Shown here one piece after another: positions 27,701-37,708 of a DNA stretch of 54,422 nt. Each line of letters begins with the position of its first letter. The first letter of the stretch is position 1. Source of the DNA: a virus. Taxonomy: Duplodnaviria; Caudoviricetes. The translations under genes and the position numbers were made by a program. The stretch lies in the IMG/VR virus record IMGVR_UViG_3300022745_000041, positions 1 to 54,422 of that record; one strand, 5' to 3'. Below the pieces are notes generated by a model. That model worked only from the letters and a program-made list of their open reading frames with translations. It made no database searches and was not told the DNA's origin.

Positions 27701-28878
27701 GCCGCACCGACGGCATCTAAGCTGGCCACTGATTGTTGATTCGCCTTAATGAGCCGCTGAGCCTCTTGGCCAGCCTGTCCCTCTTGGTTTGCCAGATATC
27801 CAAATTCATGAGCAGCACGAAGAGCGGAACGGGCAACGTTCTCTTCCTCGGTCGCAAGATGCCGAAAATCAGCCGCCACGGAATCAAATCCGTCTGCCTG
27901 AGCAAGCAGGCTGGCGATTTGCGATCGTGCCGCCTCGGAATTGTTTCCCGTCTTGCGGATCGCTTCAGCGGCCTCGCGCGCCTTGCTTGCTAGATGATCG
28001 TTATTGTCGGCTGATGCCCAAAACTCAGTCGCTTTCGTTGCCGCCGTGACAGCCTCTTCTGATACCTTGCGAAATTCGCTAAGCGTCTTTTCAACGCCAG
28101 CCGCTTCGATAGTCGCGGTCGCTTTGACGGCGTCAATCTCTTTGATTTTGGCTTCAAGTATCTCGACCGCATTCGAGCCGCGCAGAACGTCTTTCGTGAT
28201 GTTGTCGGCAATCAAACCGAGCGGTGCCGCGTTCGGATTGATGTCCGCCGCGTCACGTAATGAGTCTGCAAACTGGAGCGCCGCGACTTGATCCTTACGA
28301 AGCACGTCTTCGATCCGCTTCAGCATCGCGAGTTCAGATTCGCTGAATCCTTTCGCGTGATCAGCCGCAAGCGATCGCATCGCCTCGTGAAGAATCTCGG
28401 TTGATTTCGCGAGCTTTGCCGTAAGCGCATCGGCTTGCTTCAGTGCCGCTTGCCGCGCGGTGTCGTCAACGGGCGGCACTGCTGCCGTGTCAATCGGCTG
28501 AACATCATTGACAACCTTTTGCACAACCGGCGGAGGCGTGTCGCGAATGATTGCTTGAGCCGCTTCCGCCGCTTGTTGTTGCCCTGGCGTTAGCGGCTTG
28601 GTCGCGTTGTCGAGAAACTTCGCTTCGGCGGCTTTGTGGCGTTGCTGGAGTTGCTCAAACTCAGCCGCCGTTTTCGCGAACTTCTCATGTTGAATATCGA
28701 GAAAGATTGCCGCGTTGTCACGTGCGAACTTCTCTTCAATCGCACGTTGTTGCGCCAGCATCTCTTGATGCTTTTGGTCAAGCGTCTGTTTTGTGGACTC
28801 CGCACCGGCCACAACACTGGCGTTGCCCGCTTGCGTTTGATCGTCAACACCAACTTGAATATCGACACGATTAGCCAT
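24751..28878 (-). CDS. Tape measure protein
   Basis: 1375 aa, Ala/Gln/Glu/Lys-rich helical. Contains QLAYAADDLQYG..GIVNNIP plus a Gly/Leu hydrophobic segment typical of TMPs. Confidence 0.85.
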   Translation of the reverse strand: MANRVDIQVGVDDQTQAGNASVVAGAESTKQTLDQKHQEMLAQQRAIEEKFARDNAAIFLDIQHEKFAKTAAEFEQLQQRHKAAEAKFLDNATKPLTPGQQQAAEAAQAIIRDTPPPVVQKVVNDVQPIDTAAVPPVDDTARQAALKQADALTAKLAKSTEILHEAMRSLAADHAKGFSESELAMLKRIEDVLRKDQVAALQFADSLRDAADINPNAAPLGLIADNITKDVLRGSNAVEILEAKIKEIDAVKATATIEAAGVEKTLSEFRKVSEEAVTAATKATEFWASADNNDHLASKAREAAEAIRKTGNNSEAARSQIASLLAQADGFDSVAADFRHLATEEENVARSALRAAHEFGYLANQEGQAGQEAQRLIKANQQSVASLDAVGAAAHRAGSAMNTAGGQINKAGGLSGQGIMQLAYAADDLQYGLRGIVNNIPGLLQSLGLGAGLAGVVSILAVGLNQLEQRFGVFAKMGDYFFAATAEAKQLADQIEKVAERKKAFESLDDADAARAVSKQQQHLKEITSLSEIKKLISDIEFDIENGGKNIGNFVPKEAIADGADPERLKKNREKEIEVLKAAQAQVDSIVAKNKATALAEQIQYEEQHRKRLRTIAEIQDAERELAEARQRLQVMQRSAPKQEAELDREKKRIADDRRQVEQDHKNLITENVQAVDISLTKQREQNTEFRRQAGLLQEILSIEQERSRITKGTDDPQAEQDRRNAELNRERLNEHANRAVEVAKFVADAAQSNTALTDEQKKKARDDYNAAVMTQIETEAATRRQSIAEQEALQKSQAEKLASLDQRLMDDKQAALSEAKKREQIARDADAKADAGVTAKDVAARKETQAAWQAATQERLKAEADLQKQAIENRTRQQRQAVEDVERLRQLRITAEQAVGKAREKALLDADAVEKRLAEQKEADRIARLQAALKADPRMAAIGEKLVENVKPKDIERNAARQVQDDAEKNFRDAEKKAGRDVKPEDVKDVRRNAFDKFQQDKQRGEAGGQLADARNRIAQRAVDDAERRGQIDPQAAQALRLMAQQKADADREKADAEKRLNDLNPPRDAAEVAQRRRDAARAKQQDVENRKADRQAEGDANRRQHQDRDAIDFRKAKEKLEQPAKPVEIEPEADPIDAEDKAIQYAEQNDIPLPNNGKEMAALIHRMRKAEQEIAEIRRRPVGPKLPKPLQPLFDDNQPLVRKREPVLFGEDNQPDPQPQQPEALNGAGGCDTIAMPVEIDDADAKAELDDLTKPREVVVTARTEKRAEITGQQDVDRVADTKRTPSGQDPSAAALKNAESAMAKMANAQAQANAEVVAALGSLTKLVTDQANRHVALHDVVAQITGHINNTAAQFAREDNSARLRAISSAGV

Positions 28879-29610
28879 TTATTGCAACCAGTCTTTCAGT
28901 ACGATATCAGCCCAATCGCGGCCCGCTGTTTCGGCCTCGATTCGCCACGGGTCGGGCATGTCTGTCGGTAGTATTTGACGCTCAGCATCGAACGCCGCGC
29001 TATAGGTGCGATTATAGCCGATTGTCACCGTGCCCGCATTAACGATAAACAGGTTAGCGCCAAGACTATCGGAAGGAGTTCTTGACCAACTGTTCTCGCC
29101 GCTGTTCGGATCAGTAAAGCCGGGGCTTGCAGAGTTGATTTGCAGGCCAGTATCAACGCCGATTTCGGCTGAGGATTCTTCGTGATCAATCAAGCCTTGC
29201 AGCTTGGCGGACAGGTCTTTTCGTTCGCGTTGGAGTTGCTCAATCGCGTCATCACCGCGAATCTTTTTCCCTTGCCGCGTGATGTGATTTTTGAATCGCT
29301 CCGGGTCTGCAATTCGTCGCTTGATGTCGTCGGCTTTCTTGCGACGTTGCTCCACGATCGCACGCGCAGCCGCCCGCCGTCGCACCCTCGCTTCAAGTGT
29401 CGCTCGCGACAAATCCCGCCAGACAATTCCATCCTCAGACGATTGCTTGCGTGCCTTCGCCCGATACGCTTCCTGCACATTGGCCAGTACGGAAACGCCA
29501 ACCGCCATCGCCATTTCCGGCGCACGCTTGCGGAGTTCCTCAACAGCCCCCTTGGTGGCAAGGCCAGCTTGCTTAGCAAGCGTGTCGAGTGTCCAAATGA
29601 GTGCTGGCAT
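28879..29610 (-). CDS. Phage virion morphogenesis / tail-completion protein (Mu gpG-like)
   Basis: WRDLSRAT, IGVDTGLQINS, VTIGYNRTYS and RQILP motifs. Confidence 0.65.
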   Translation of the reverse strand: MPALIWTLDTLAKQAGLATKGAVEELRKRAPEMAMAVGVSVLANVQEAYRAKARKQSSEDGIVWRDLSRATLEARVRRRAAARAIVEQRRKKADDIKRRIADPERFKNHITRQGKKIRGDDAIEQLQRERKDLSAKLQGLIDHEESSAEIGVDTGLQINSASPGFTDPNSGENSWSRTPSDSLGANLFIVNAGTVTIGYNRTYSAAFDAERQILPTDMPDPWRIEAETAGRDWADIVLKDWLQ

Positions 29611-29613
29611 GTG

Positions 29614-32600
29614 TTACCCCACAGAGAAGAACGTCAGCGTGGGGAGTCCGACCGGCGTTTGGCCGTTGACCTTGATTGCATCGGCTTTGATGTTACCTGC
29701 CTCTGTGAGTGTGTCCGGCAATCGACTCGACAGATTCGCCAACATGCCTGTGACGCTATCGCCGTCAACGCTGATTTGATCATTGACCACAAGACTGTTG
29801 CCGATGCTCATTCCGCCATCAATCTTCAGTGAGTTCGCGAGATGGATATCGTAGGAGGTGTCCGAACCAATCTGAATACCGTCACTCGACACACCGTTGA
29901 TCCAAACACCAACGGCACCCTGAATAGACAAGCCTTTTCCAGTTCCTGACCCAACAATCTTAACACCCTCATTGTCTCCGCTTGCAGAAATATCTAGCGC
30001 GGGCGATCCTGTGCCGCCATAGATGCCAAAGCCGGGATTTGTTCCGCTGGAATACGCGACCAGCCCGTAGCTACCGCCAACTACTAATCCGCAGCCGCCT
30101 GCCTGCGACTCCAGGAACGCACCGTCAGACGTCGCAGACGTGGCATAAATACCTCGCCCTGACGTCGAACCACTGGCAATCTTAAGTCCGTCACCATACT
30201 GGCCAGCGGAAATATGAACGCCTTCGCCAGTCCCATTTCCGGTGATTGAAACCGCCGCAGTATCGGCGATTGACTGCGTGATGTTTAGTCCAGCTTCGAG
30301 GTTCACGGCACCGTCAATTTTCAATCCGTGAACGTGAGCAGCCCACCCTTCACCACCAGAGAGGATGTCGAGACCACAGCCAGCGCCGTTCGTCTGCAAC
30401 GTCACTGCCGATCCTGTTGACTGACCGCCCCATATATGCAGGCCGCTTGAATCATGTCCCGCATAAAGGACAACCGCGTCAGAACTGACAGACTGAGCGT
30501 AGATCGCGTTCTGCTGAGCAAAGATGTCGAACCCGTTTTGGCCAGCATACATCAGCACGCAGTGGCCGCTATCGGAGTGCATATCCAATGCAGGTCCAGC
30601 CCCGTTGCCAACCAGCCTTAATGCCGTGGCGTTCGTGGCGCTCGGCGACACAACGACCGACCCCGTAAACGTGATGTCGTTCGGCTGGGCCGCATTCAGG
30701 GTCACATCAGCAACTACCGGTTTACCGCCAGTCAGCGTCACTGCCGATTCATTGCTACCTGCGTCTTGGAATGCAGCGGTTGCTACGACCGGCAACCCAG
30801 TGCTATCGGAGTTCAATACGGGTTGGCTGTTCCACTTAGACACCTCGACTCGCAGATGCCCATTGCCGTCCTCTGCTGCTGTTTCCCCATTGATTTGCGT
30901 GACGTTCGCTTGGACCGTAGTTCCTTGCGGCATCACATAGTCACCACTCACGAACGAGACGACACCAGCAGTGCCGGTATCTACCGCCACGTCATGCCCG
31001 TTGATTCCCATCAACTCTGCTTGCACGCCTCGCCCGTTATTGACGACTCGGCCAGAGAGGTCAGTCAGTGTGGTCTCGTCAGCAATGTTGTTCGCAGGCA
31101 ACTTGTTGTAGATCGCCGTCAGATTTGTTCGGTCGGTAGAACTAAAAGAAACCGATCCATTAGCATTAACCTGTGGCTGAGTCACTGCCACGAAATTGGA
31201 CGCCACGGAATTTGTCGTTGTCGTTCCAGCGAACTTCATGACGAGCGGCTCAAGCGTTGCATTGCTGGCCACGGTATATGTTGCCGTGTAAGTTCCGGTT
31301 GATCCATGAGTCCATCCGCTGAAATGCGCGCTGCGGTCGGTGCCGACTGCATTGGTGATCGTGCTCGTGATTATCCCGCCGTCAGCATCCTGTAGTTGTC
31401 CGTTTTCATTCCAGATGTACAGAGTCAATGGGTAAGCGGTGTCTGTTCCTTCGACTGGATAAACAAGCGACGTCACAACCAAGGCGTTCGGCATCGACTG
31501 CGTGAAGTTCACGATATCGGCATGAGACGAGACATTGCCGCCCACATTCAGATTATCGAGATACCCACCACGAGCCGAAGTTAATCGACCAAGCAAAGTT
31601 GTTGTTCCCGCTGTATCGGAATTCAGCGTGACAGTGGAATTGATTGCGTTCGCCGTTGTCTGCAACGCTGACACAGCAGACGCAGACGCCAGCGTTGATC
31701 CGGGGTCATGGCCAGCCAGAGTTCCGAGATTCGTTGCGAGCGTCCCTGTCCACGTTGCCGTTGAAAGCGCCGTCGCCGCCAGTGCCGCGTTATCCGTGCC
31801 TCGCATGTCTGTGTTGGTCGTCGTTGTATCCACCAGTGTAACGCGGGCCAGCGTTGCCGCTTTCTGTGTGGTCGTGAAGTCCATTGCCGCGTTGAACGCA
31901 AACGACGACGAATTTAGAGCATACGCCCCACCAGTGACCTGAGCCTGAGTGAGCGTCGAGGTTCCTCGGCTGCTGATTGTCGCATCGAGATACGTTCCGG
32001 TCGCCGAGTTGATCGTGTTTGCCGTTGTCTGCAATGTGGACAGTGCCGTTGCCGTTGCCGCTGCCGCCGTCCCGCCTACGTACACACCGACAGTTACGCC
32101 AGCCGCGCAAGTCACGGTCTGCGTTTTGATAGTCTGCAAATCTGCCGCAACATTGCCGGTGACATCGGAAGCCGCCAGCGTCGCCGGAACCTTACCACTC
32201 GAAAGGTTGACCTGCCCTGTGCCAGTGCCGACCGACAACAACACGCTCGCACCAAGATCACGAGCCGTTTGGGCAGTAGCTGCCCCTGATGGACCAGCCT
32301 TCACCGTCGTTGAATCAACCAGGCCAGACGAGTCAATCACCATATCCTTAGTGTCAGTCCAGATCACACCCTTCGCAGCAACGCTGCTCACTGTCGCTGA
32401 AATCTCAAGATCGACGACATCGCCAACCGCCAACGTCGGAAGCGTCACCTGTGCTTTGTATGATCCCGTTGCCACGTTCGTGACCGTCACGGTCGCCGCA
32501 TCAGCAACGCCATTCACATACAGCGTACCTGTTGGCAGTGAGTCTGCATTCGAGGCGGCACCTGTTGAAAAAACCGATGTCGTGAACTTCTTGGTAATGC

Positions 32601-32622
32601 TTTGGCCAGACCTGACTGACAT
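29614..32622 (-). CDS. Large structural protein (Ig-like domains plus a Gly/Ser-rich beta-helix-like region); probable fibre or spike
   Basis: 1002 aa, Thr/Ala/Gly-rich, with repeated GxGL/VxI turns and an internal LQTTANxINS repeat. Confidence 0.65.
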   Translation of the reverse strand: MSVRSGQSITKKFTTSVFSTGAASNADSLPTGTLYVNGVADAATVTVTNVATGSYKAQVTLPTLAVGDVVDLEISATVSSVAAKGVIWTDTKDMVIDSSGLVDSTTVKAGPSGAATAQTARDLGASVLLSVGTGTGQVNLSSGKVPATLAASDVTGNVAADLQTIKTQTVTCAAGVTVGVYVGGTAAAATATALSTLQTTANTINSATGTYLDATISSRGTSTLTQAQVTGGAYALNSSSFAFNAAMDFTTTQKAATLARVTLVDTTTTNTDMRGTDNAALAATALSTATWTGTLATNLGTLAGHDPGSTLASASAVSALQTTANAINSTVTLNSDTAGTTTLLGRLTSARGGYLDNLNVGGNVSSHADIVNFTQSMPNALVVTSLVYPVEGTDTAYPLTLYIWNENGQLQDADGGIITSTITNAVGTDRSAHFSGWTHGSTGTYTATYTVASNATLEPLVMKFAGTTTTNSVASNFVAVTQPQVNANGSVSFSSTDRTNLTAIYNKLPANNIADETTLTDLSGRVVNNGRGVQAELMGINGHDVAVDTGTAGVVSFVSGDYVMPQGTTVQANVTQINGETAAEDGNGHLRVEVSKWNSQPVLNSDSTGLPVVATAAFQDAGSNESAVTLTGGKPVVADVTLNAAQPNDITFTGSVVVSPSATNATALRLVGNGAGPALDMHSDSGHCVLMYAGQNGFDIFAQQNAIYAQSVSSDAVVLYAGHDSSGLHIWGGQSTGSAVTLQTNGAGCGLDILSGGEGWAAHVHGLKIDGAVNLEAGLNITQSIADTAAVSITGNGTGEGVHISAGQYGDGLKIASGSTSGRGIYATSATSDGAFLESQAGGCGLVVGGSYGLVAYSSGTNPGFGIYGGTGSPALDISASGDNEGVKIVGSGTGKGLSIQGAVGVWINGVSSDGIQIGSDTSYDIHLANSLKIDGGMSIGNSLVVNDQISVDGDSVTGMLANLSSRLPDTLTEAGNIKADAIKVNGQTPVGLPTLTFFSVG

Positions 32623-33735
32623 TTAATCAATCCCCCGTATCATTGAAGTTCCGAGAACCGTTCCGGCTCCACCGCCACCGCCGCCTGCGTCTTGATGCTG
32701 CCAAGCCCCGCCATCGAGATAAGCCGGATGACCAGCCCCACGCACCAACGCACCGCCACCTGACGTATTGTTGAGTGTCAGGTCGGTTGACGACGTGAAT
32801 GGGTCCGCGGTGAGCGTCACTCCGTAGCGGTTTATCCAGTTACCGAGATCCGCATCAGAAACGCCCATATTGCCGATGAAGTTATTAAACTGATTGTTGG
32901 AACTCACTGTCCCGTTGGCGCTATACCACTGCGAAGAGCCACCGCTTCCCCACGCAACATTATTGGCAATGCAATGAAACGAACCAGTTGTTGCGGTTGT
33001 CTTGAGATAATTGTTTGTGATGTTTCTGAAAGAGCATCCAAAAACAGCATTCAGCCCGGTGCTTGCGCCAGACGATGTCACCCCAAATCCTGCATCTTGC
33101 AAAACACACGCGATGACTCGCCCGCTTGCTCCACTTAGATCAACACAACCACCACCGCTTGTATTGCCGGTTATTTTGCACAGATAGATCAAACCAGCCG
33201 CGTTTGATTGAATTGCCTTCGCTGATGAGCTACTGCTTACACACGATATGTCACAGTCTATTAACACCCCCGTTCCTATAGTGATTGCGATTGCGGATGC
33301 GCTCGTTGCATGGGTGTTGGCGATGACGCAACGCCGCACCACCATCGAAGCGTTTCCAACAAGGCTTGTTCCGGAAATAGCTGACGTTAAGCTGATATGT
33401 TCACAAATGCAGTTAGACGGAAGGGTCAATTTTCCGGTCGTGTAGGTGATTGTTGGAAAATTAGTTGTCACCAAAGAACCGCCACGAGTTCTTCCGTTTG
33501 CCTCCAGGTCATCAAGCGCGGAATTGATTCCGCGAATCGACATCGGATTCGCAGTCGTTGCATTGTTCGTGAAAGTGTCGCTATTCGTCGTCCGCGTGAT
33601 CGCCCCTTGAACGTTCGCCCGCTGACCCGCCGACAAACTCGTCAGCATCGTGACCCATGACCAAGCATTTGCGAGCGAAGACCCGTCTGCGGTTCCCGCT
33701 CCTGCGTTGGTCACATATTTTTCAGTGAATGCCAT
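32623..33735 (-). CDS. Right-handed beta-helix (pectin-lyase-like) structural protein
   Basis: YV...GAGTADGSS.ANAW N-terminus, periodic Cys/Asn turns, and a D.GAWQH end. Confidence 0.65.
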   Translation of the reverse strand: MAFTEKYVTNAGAGTADGSSLANAWSWVTMLTSLSAGQRANVQGAITRTTNSDTFTNNATTANPMSIRGINSALDDLEANGRTRGGSLVTTNFPTITYTTGKLTLPSNCICEHISLTSAISGTSLVGNASMVVRRCVIANTHATSASAIAITIGTGVLIDCDISCVSSSSSAKAIQSNAAGLIYLCKITGNTSGGGCVDLSGASGRVIACVLQDAGFGVTSSGASTGLNAVFGCSFRNITNNYLKTTATTGSFHCIANNVAWGSGGSSQWYSANGTVSSNNQFNNFIGNMGVSDADLGNWINRYGVTLTADPFTSSTDLTLNNTSGGGALVRGAGHPAYLDGGAWQHQDAGGGGGGAGTVLGTSMIRGID

Positions 33736-34335
33736 TTACGCCGTTGCCTCAAAAATCAATTCGAGCGTTACTGCGTCGATGCCGCTAACGGAATCGACGT
33801 GAACCGCGAAGATATCGTTCGCCGCAATCGCGGCTGACCATCCGGGTAAAGTGTCTGTCGATGCCGTCTTTGTGTCCGTGAGCGTTGGTTTGTCGTCAGT
33901 GATTGCGTCCGCGATCGTGGGCATTGTTTGGCCGAATGATCGCTTCCAAACATCAACAACAATCGAGCCAGCGTCAGAACTGGCCAGTCTCCAGCCTGTC
34001 AACGTTCCGCCGAACGGACAGATTCCATACGCCGTCGATCCAACCGCAATTCCACCACCCTGGCCATCGAATCGGACAGTGATAACGCGGACGATCGCAC
34101 CGTCGCCGGGAGGTCCGGTTTCACCTCGTGGGCCTTGCTCGCCTTGCGGGCCTTGTTCACCGGGTGGGCCTTGCTCGCCTTGTGGTCCAGGCTCACCATC
34201 GGCTCCCGCCGGTCCCTGCGGTCCAGTCCCGCCGCTCAGTACGATCGTTTGCGACTCAGCGACGGTTGTGACGCCAATCGCGTCATCAACGGGAGTGACG
34301 ACAATCTGAGTGGTTTCAACAACGACGTTCGCCAT
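33736..34335 (-). CDS. Collagen-like repeat protein
   Basis: About 14 G-X-Y triplets ([18 protein letters not shown]...), then a beta-rich C-terminal domain. Confidence 0.85.
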   Translation of the reverse strand: MANVVVETTQIVVTPVDDAIGVTTVAESQTIVLSGGTGPQGPAGADGEPGPQGEQGPPGEQGPQGEQGPRGETGPPGDGAIVRVITVRFDGQGGGIAVGSTAYGICPFGGTLTGWRLASSDAGSIVVDVWKRSFGQTMPTIADAITDDKPTLTDTKTASTDTLPGWSAAIAANDIFAVHVDSVSGIDAVTLELIFEATA

Positions 34336-34336
34336 G

Positions 34337-34654
34337 TTAAGCCCTCACGCTAATTAGGCCCGAGAGGTACTCCGCACCGTCAACGACGCGCAGGAAATAA
34401 CGCACGATCCCGACAGATAGGCTTGCTGTATCGGCGGATGACAACGCAATCGAAATCGACGTTGTTGCACCCGGCGTTCCGATCGTGATGTTTGTCGGGC
34501 TAACGTATGTCACGAGCGTCGTGTCGCTGAACTGTTCTCGCAGAATCCAACGCACGGTTTTGCCGCTCAGATTCTCCGGGAGCGTGATTGTTTTGCTCCA
34601 CGGATAACCTATGATAATTCCGTTGTCGTCGATGTAGTCATACTTGCCAGCCAT
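34337..34654 (-). CDS. Small Ig-like structural protein (BppU N-terminal-like)
   Basis: NLSGKTVR...ISIALSSADTASL...YFLRV...YLSGLISV. Confidence 0.6.
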   Translation of the reverse strand: MAGKYDYIDDNGIIIGYPWSKTITLPENLSGKTVRWILREQFSDTTLVTYVSPTNITIGTPGATTSISIALSSADTASLSVGIVRYFLRVVDGAEYLSGLISVRA

Positions 34655-34694
34655 AGCGTGACACTTTAGCAGTTATGGTGTGTGAGTGCTATTC

Positions 34695-34985
34695 CTATTC
34701 GCCATCCTCTTCCGACAGCCATCCCCATAACATCCATAGCGTCGAAAGTACCTGATAGATCAGATACAGCGAACCAGGATCGAAGAAGCCGCAACGTTGC
34801 GAAACGGCTTCCTTGCATCGTTCCAGATGCTCTTTTGCATCGCCGCCGCACGGAAACGGGTTCTCGTCAAGCCAATCACAAGCCGCGTCGTGTGACTCGT
34901 TGGCCACCTTGTAGCGTGCATCATGCAGGCCATACGGGGCGCAACATTTCAAGCGTGATTCTTCGCGGGTAGGTCCGTGGCTCAT
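34695..34985 (-). CDS. Hypothetical protein with a C-terminal hydrophobic helix
   Basis: LYLIYQVLSTLWMLWGWL; ATGA overlap with the upstream gene. Confidence 0.65.
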   Translation of the reverse strand: MSHGPTREESRLKCCAPYGLHDARYKVANESHDAACDWLDENPFPCGGDAKEHLERCKEAVSQRCGFFDPGSLYLIYQVLSTLWMLWGWLSEEDGE

Positions 34986-35860
34986 TGCGTTACCTCGAAT
35001 TGAATGTCCGGCAGCCCATCAATCAACACATTTCCGCGAGTCTCGCCAATCACAGCTTTCCGAACTCGCCCATTGAACGAGACATGCGGAAGCGTCGATT
35101 CATCAAATTCAATCACAACATCTTGGCCAGCCTGACTCACACTTGCGATCAGCCCGTGAGTCGGTGCGTTGACGCTCATTCCGTAAGGAAGCCGTAGACC
35201 TTTATCTGACAAGAGTTGTTTGACTTGCTGAACAGTTGCACGAATTGGGAGCTTGGCTCCGCTTGATAAGCCGTAGGCTTGTTGTGATACCGGCGCGGCA
35301 TATGTCGGAAACGATTTCCGCCACATGCGGACGAAACCATCAATGCCCGGCCAAGGCTCTTCTTTGCTTGGCGCAAACGCCACCCACTTGGCTTCAACTG
35401 GCCAGTGAAGTGTCGGCAAAGACGTCACCCATTCCGGCCTCTTGTCGTCGTCGTCTTTGATCTCAACCGTAAACGGCAATTCGTTCTTGCAGGCGTCAAT
35501 TTCTTTCAAGATCGCTTTGCATGGCGCGCACCATTTCGCAGACCAGAAAATAACAGCGGGCCTCTTCTCGACCACTGCTGCTACTTCGTTCGCACATCCG
35601 ATACATTTGCACGACTGGCCACACTGGCAAGCAATTCGCTTGAGCTTGCCGCTTGACCGATCGTTGACATATCGAGAACCTCCACACTGGCAAGCAGTGG
35701 GTTTTGGCTTCACGGGTTCGATGTTCGGTTGCGTCTCTCCGTGAACCATTAACGCCAGTTCGCTTGCCGCGAAGCATTTGGCAGGCTCGATATCGTTTGC
35801 GGTCGCCGGTTTCATGCAACCCGACGTCAGGAACATCAACAGCACTGCTAAGACTCGCAT
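34982..35860 (-). CDS. Lipoprotein with a Cys-rich linker and thioredoxin domain
   Basis: Lipobox LTSG|C; CQC...CQC..SCKC..C; FWSAKWCAPCK; SLPT cis-Pro motif. Confidence 0.8.
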   Translation of the reverse strand: MRVLAVLLMFLTSGCMKPATANDIEPAKCFAASELALMVHGETQPNIEPVKPKPTACQCGGSRYVNDRSSGKLKRIACQCGQSCKCIGCANEVAAVVEKRPAVIFWSAKWCAPCKAILKEIDACKNELPFTVEIKDDDDKRPEWVTSLPTLHWPVEAKWVAFAPSKEEPWPGIDGFVRMWRKSFPTYAAPVSQQAYGLSSGAKLPIRATVQQVKQLLSDKGLRLPYGMSVNAPTHGLIASVSQAGQDVVIEFDESTLPHVSFNGRVRKAVIGETRGNVLIDGLPDIQFEVTQ

Positions 35861-35864
35861 TCCA

Positions 35865-36680
35865 TCACCCTCCCGTCAGCATTCCGCAACGATATTCACG
35901 CACGCGCCATTCGACGATATCCGACAACAACACGACTTCCGAGCCGTGAAGATCAATCCAATGTTGCACAACGTCAGGCGTCGCTGTCCAAAAGCCTCGC
36001 TCATGAACATCTTCACCCCACGAATTGATGCCCTCGAAAGTACCGTCAGCCGCGTAGCCCGTGATCGTCATGCAGTGCATTCCAAGCATTGAGCCGCTTG
36101 AGACAGTTCGCATCGTCCAGTGCGATGAGTCACGCATCGCGGTTGTGATCGGCACGCCGATCATTGCAACGCCCTTGCGTGTCCCGATGTAGTTCCTGAC
36201 GTCGTCAGGATTGCGAGGAATTGAATGTTGCAGGAGCTTATGTTGGCCAGCGTAGGCTTCGTATTCATCAGGAAACGAGCGGGGATACATATTTGAGTAT
36301 GGATAGAGTGATTCAAGCACTCCGCCGCCCAATTGCTCGAGCGCTTTGCGTGCTCCCGATATCGCCGCGCCGTGATCTCCGCCGAAATAACCTGACTGAA
36401 GTTGAGCCGCTAAATACAGCCACAACGGAGACGGATCGACGTCTTGCCCGCCGTCAAGATGGTTGAGGATACGCACCGCCGCCCACGCGCCGTGACCAAC
36501 GCAACTATTCACGTGCGATCCTGTCGGATCGTCACCTTGATTGCGAGGCGTTAGCCAATCGCGTTGGCTGACACTGTCGGGGATAGAGACAGCACCGCAG
36601 AGAGAATCCAATGCGGCAAGATCGCTGGCTTGGCTATGCAGGAATTCAAGGTCTTCAAGATCGTGGCGATAACCAAACAT
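35865..36680 (-). CDS. Papain-like (C1 family) cysteine peptidase
   Basis: RNQG...NSCVGH (Gln and Cys), MHCMTITGY (His) and INSWG (Asn). Confidence 0.88.
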   Translation of the reverse strand: MFGYRHDLEDLEFLHSQASDLAALDSLCGAVSIPDSVSQRDWLTPRNQGDDPTGSHVNSCVGHGAWAAVRILNHLDGGQDVDPSPLWLYLAAQLQSGYFGGDHGAAISGARKALEQLGGGVLESLYPYSNMYPRSFPDEYEAYAGQHKLLQHSIPRNPDDVRNYIGTRKGVAMIGVPITTAMRDSSHWTMRTVSSGSMLGMHCMTITGYAADGTFEGINSWGEDVHERGFWTATPDVVQHWIDLHGSEVVLLSDIVEWRVREYRCGMLTGG

Positions 36681-36685
36681 CTGCG

Positions 36686-37066
36686 CTACTCACTAACGAT
36701 ATCGGCGGTTTCAATCGAGCAATCAATCAAGTCTGGACTATCGAAATCAACCACGAACGCCATCACTTCTTCAACCTCGTGCGGCCCGTCAACAAATCGT
36801 GTGACCGACACTCGGCAGCTCAGTAGTGAATCAAGCCCATCCTCTTCGAGCATCCCTCCGAACTGGCCAAAGAGGCAAGCGCGGGCAACGTCTTTCGCGA
36901 TCGCTTCGTGAATGTCGATATCGTGCGGATCGCACTGATAGCCTTGACCGGCATATAGCCCGCCGATTTGCGGTTGTTGTGCTCTTGCTTCATAGATGGC
37001 CACAATGCCGCCGATCAGCCCATCGGGAATAGAGGTAAGCGAAAACAAACAGCGCTGAGCAGCCAA
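36686..37066 (-). CDS. Hypothetical protein
   Basis: 126-aa ORF tightly packed in the operon. Confidence 0.6.
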   Translation of the reverse strand: MAAQRCLFSLTSIPDGLIGGIVAIYEARAQQPQIGGLYAGQGYQCDPHDIDIHEAIAKDVARACLFGQFGGMLEEDGLDSLLSCRVSVTRFVDGPHEVEEVMAFVVDFDSPDLIDCSIETADIVSE

Positions 37067-37249
37067 TCAGCGATCCCACATCGGCAACCCTTCGCCAAGA
37101 TACTCAAGCGTTGGTTTCAGTCGCTCGTAAGTATCAGAATTTGGCGGAACGTCCGTCATGTCCGACAAAACTCGTTCGTGTAACTGAATGCGAAAATTCA
37201 TGTCGTCGTTCGCGAGATTCAATTCAGCGTCAGTAATTCCGTGCAACAT
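37067..37249 (-). CDS. Hypothetical protein
   Basis: 60-aa ORF with an AAGGGG RBS. Confidence 0.6.
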   Translation of the reverse strand: MLHGITDAELNLANDDMNFRIQLHERVLSDMTDVPPNSDTYERLKPTLEYLGEGLPMWDR

Positions 37250-37264
37250 ATCGCCCCTTCCGTA

Positions 37265-37708
37265 TTAAAGTTCATCAGCCACACCTTGCAACAACGCCAT
37301 TACCTTCGCTCGGAGCTCCGCAGTAAGCGGTTGATCAGACGCTCCAATCGCAGCAATCCAGCGATCGTCCAGATTTTGAGAGAACTCAGCGGTCGCCAGC
37401 GTGTTTGGTCCGGCCATTCGATAGCGATTGAGTCGTCCGACATACTCGGCGGCGTCAACAGTTGATCGCAGTAGAGGCGAGGAAATTGTTCCATCGTAGG
37501 CCACCGCTTTCGCTGCTGTGCTGTAAATCGCCTTCAGTTGCGGGCGAGCTTCTTTTGCAACCAAACTGGCCAGTGTTGATGCCGATTTATCCTGGATTGT
37601 GTGGCTTTGCTTAATGCAGCCGTTGAGCACAATCGGAAGCAACGCCACACTGACCAGTATTGGTCGCAAAAAGAAACGTCGTACCCATTCGGGAACGCAG
37701 TATCGCAT
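37265..37708 (-). CDS. Putative lipoprotein
   Basis: Basic N-terminus, hydrophobic stretch and VLNG|C lipobox; TAATG overlap with the upstream gene. Confidence 0.65.
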   Translation of the reverse strand: MRYCVPEWVRRFFLRPILVSVALLPIVLNGCIKQSHTIQDKSASTLASLVAKEARPQLKAIYSTAAKAVAYDGTISSPLLRSTVDAAEYVGRLNRYRMAGPNTLATAEFSQNLDDRWIAAIGASDQPLTAELRAKVMALLQGVADEL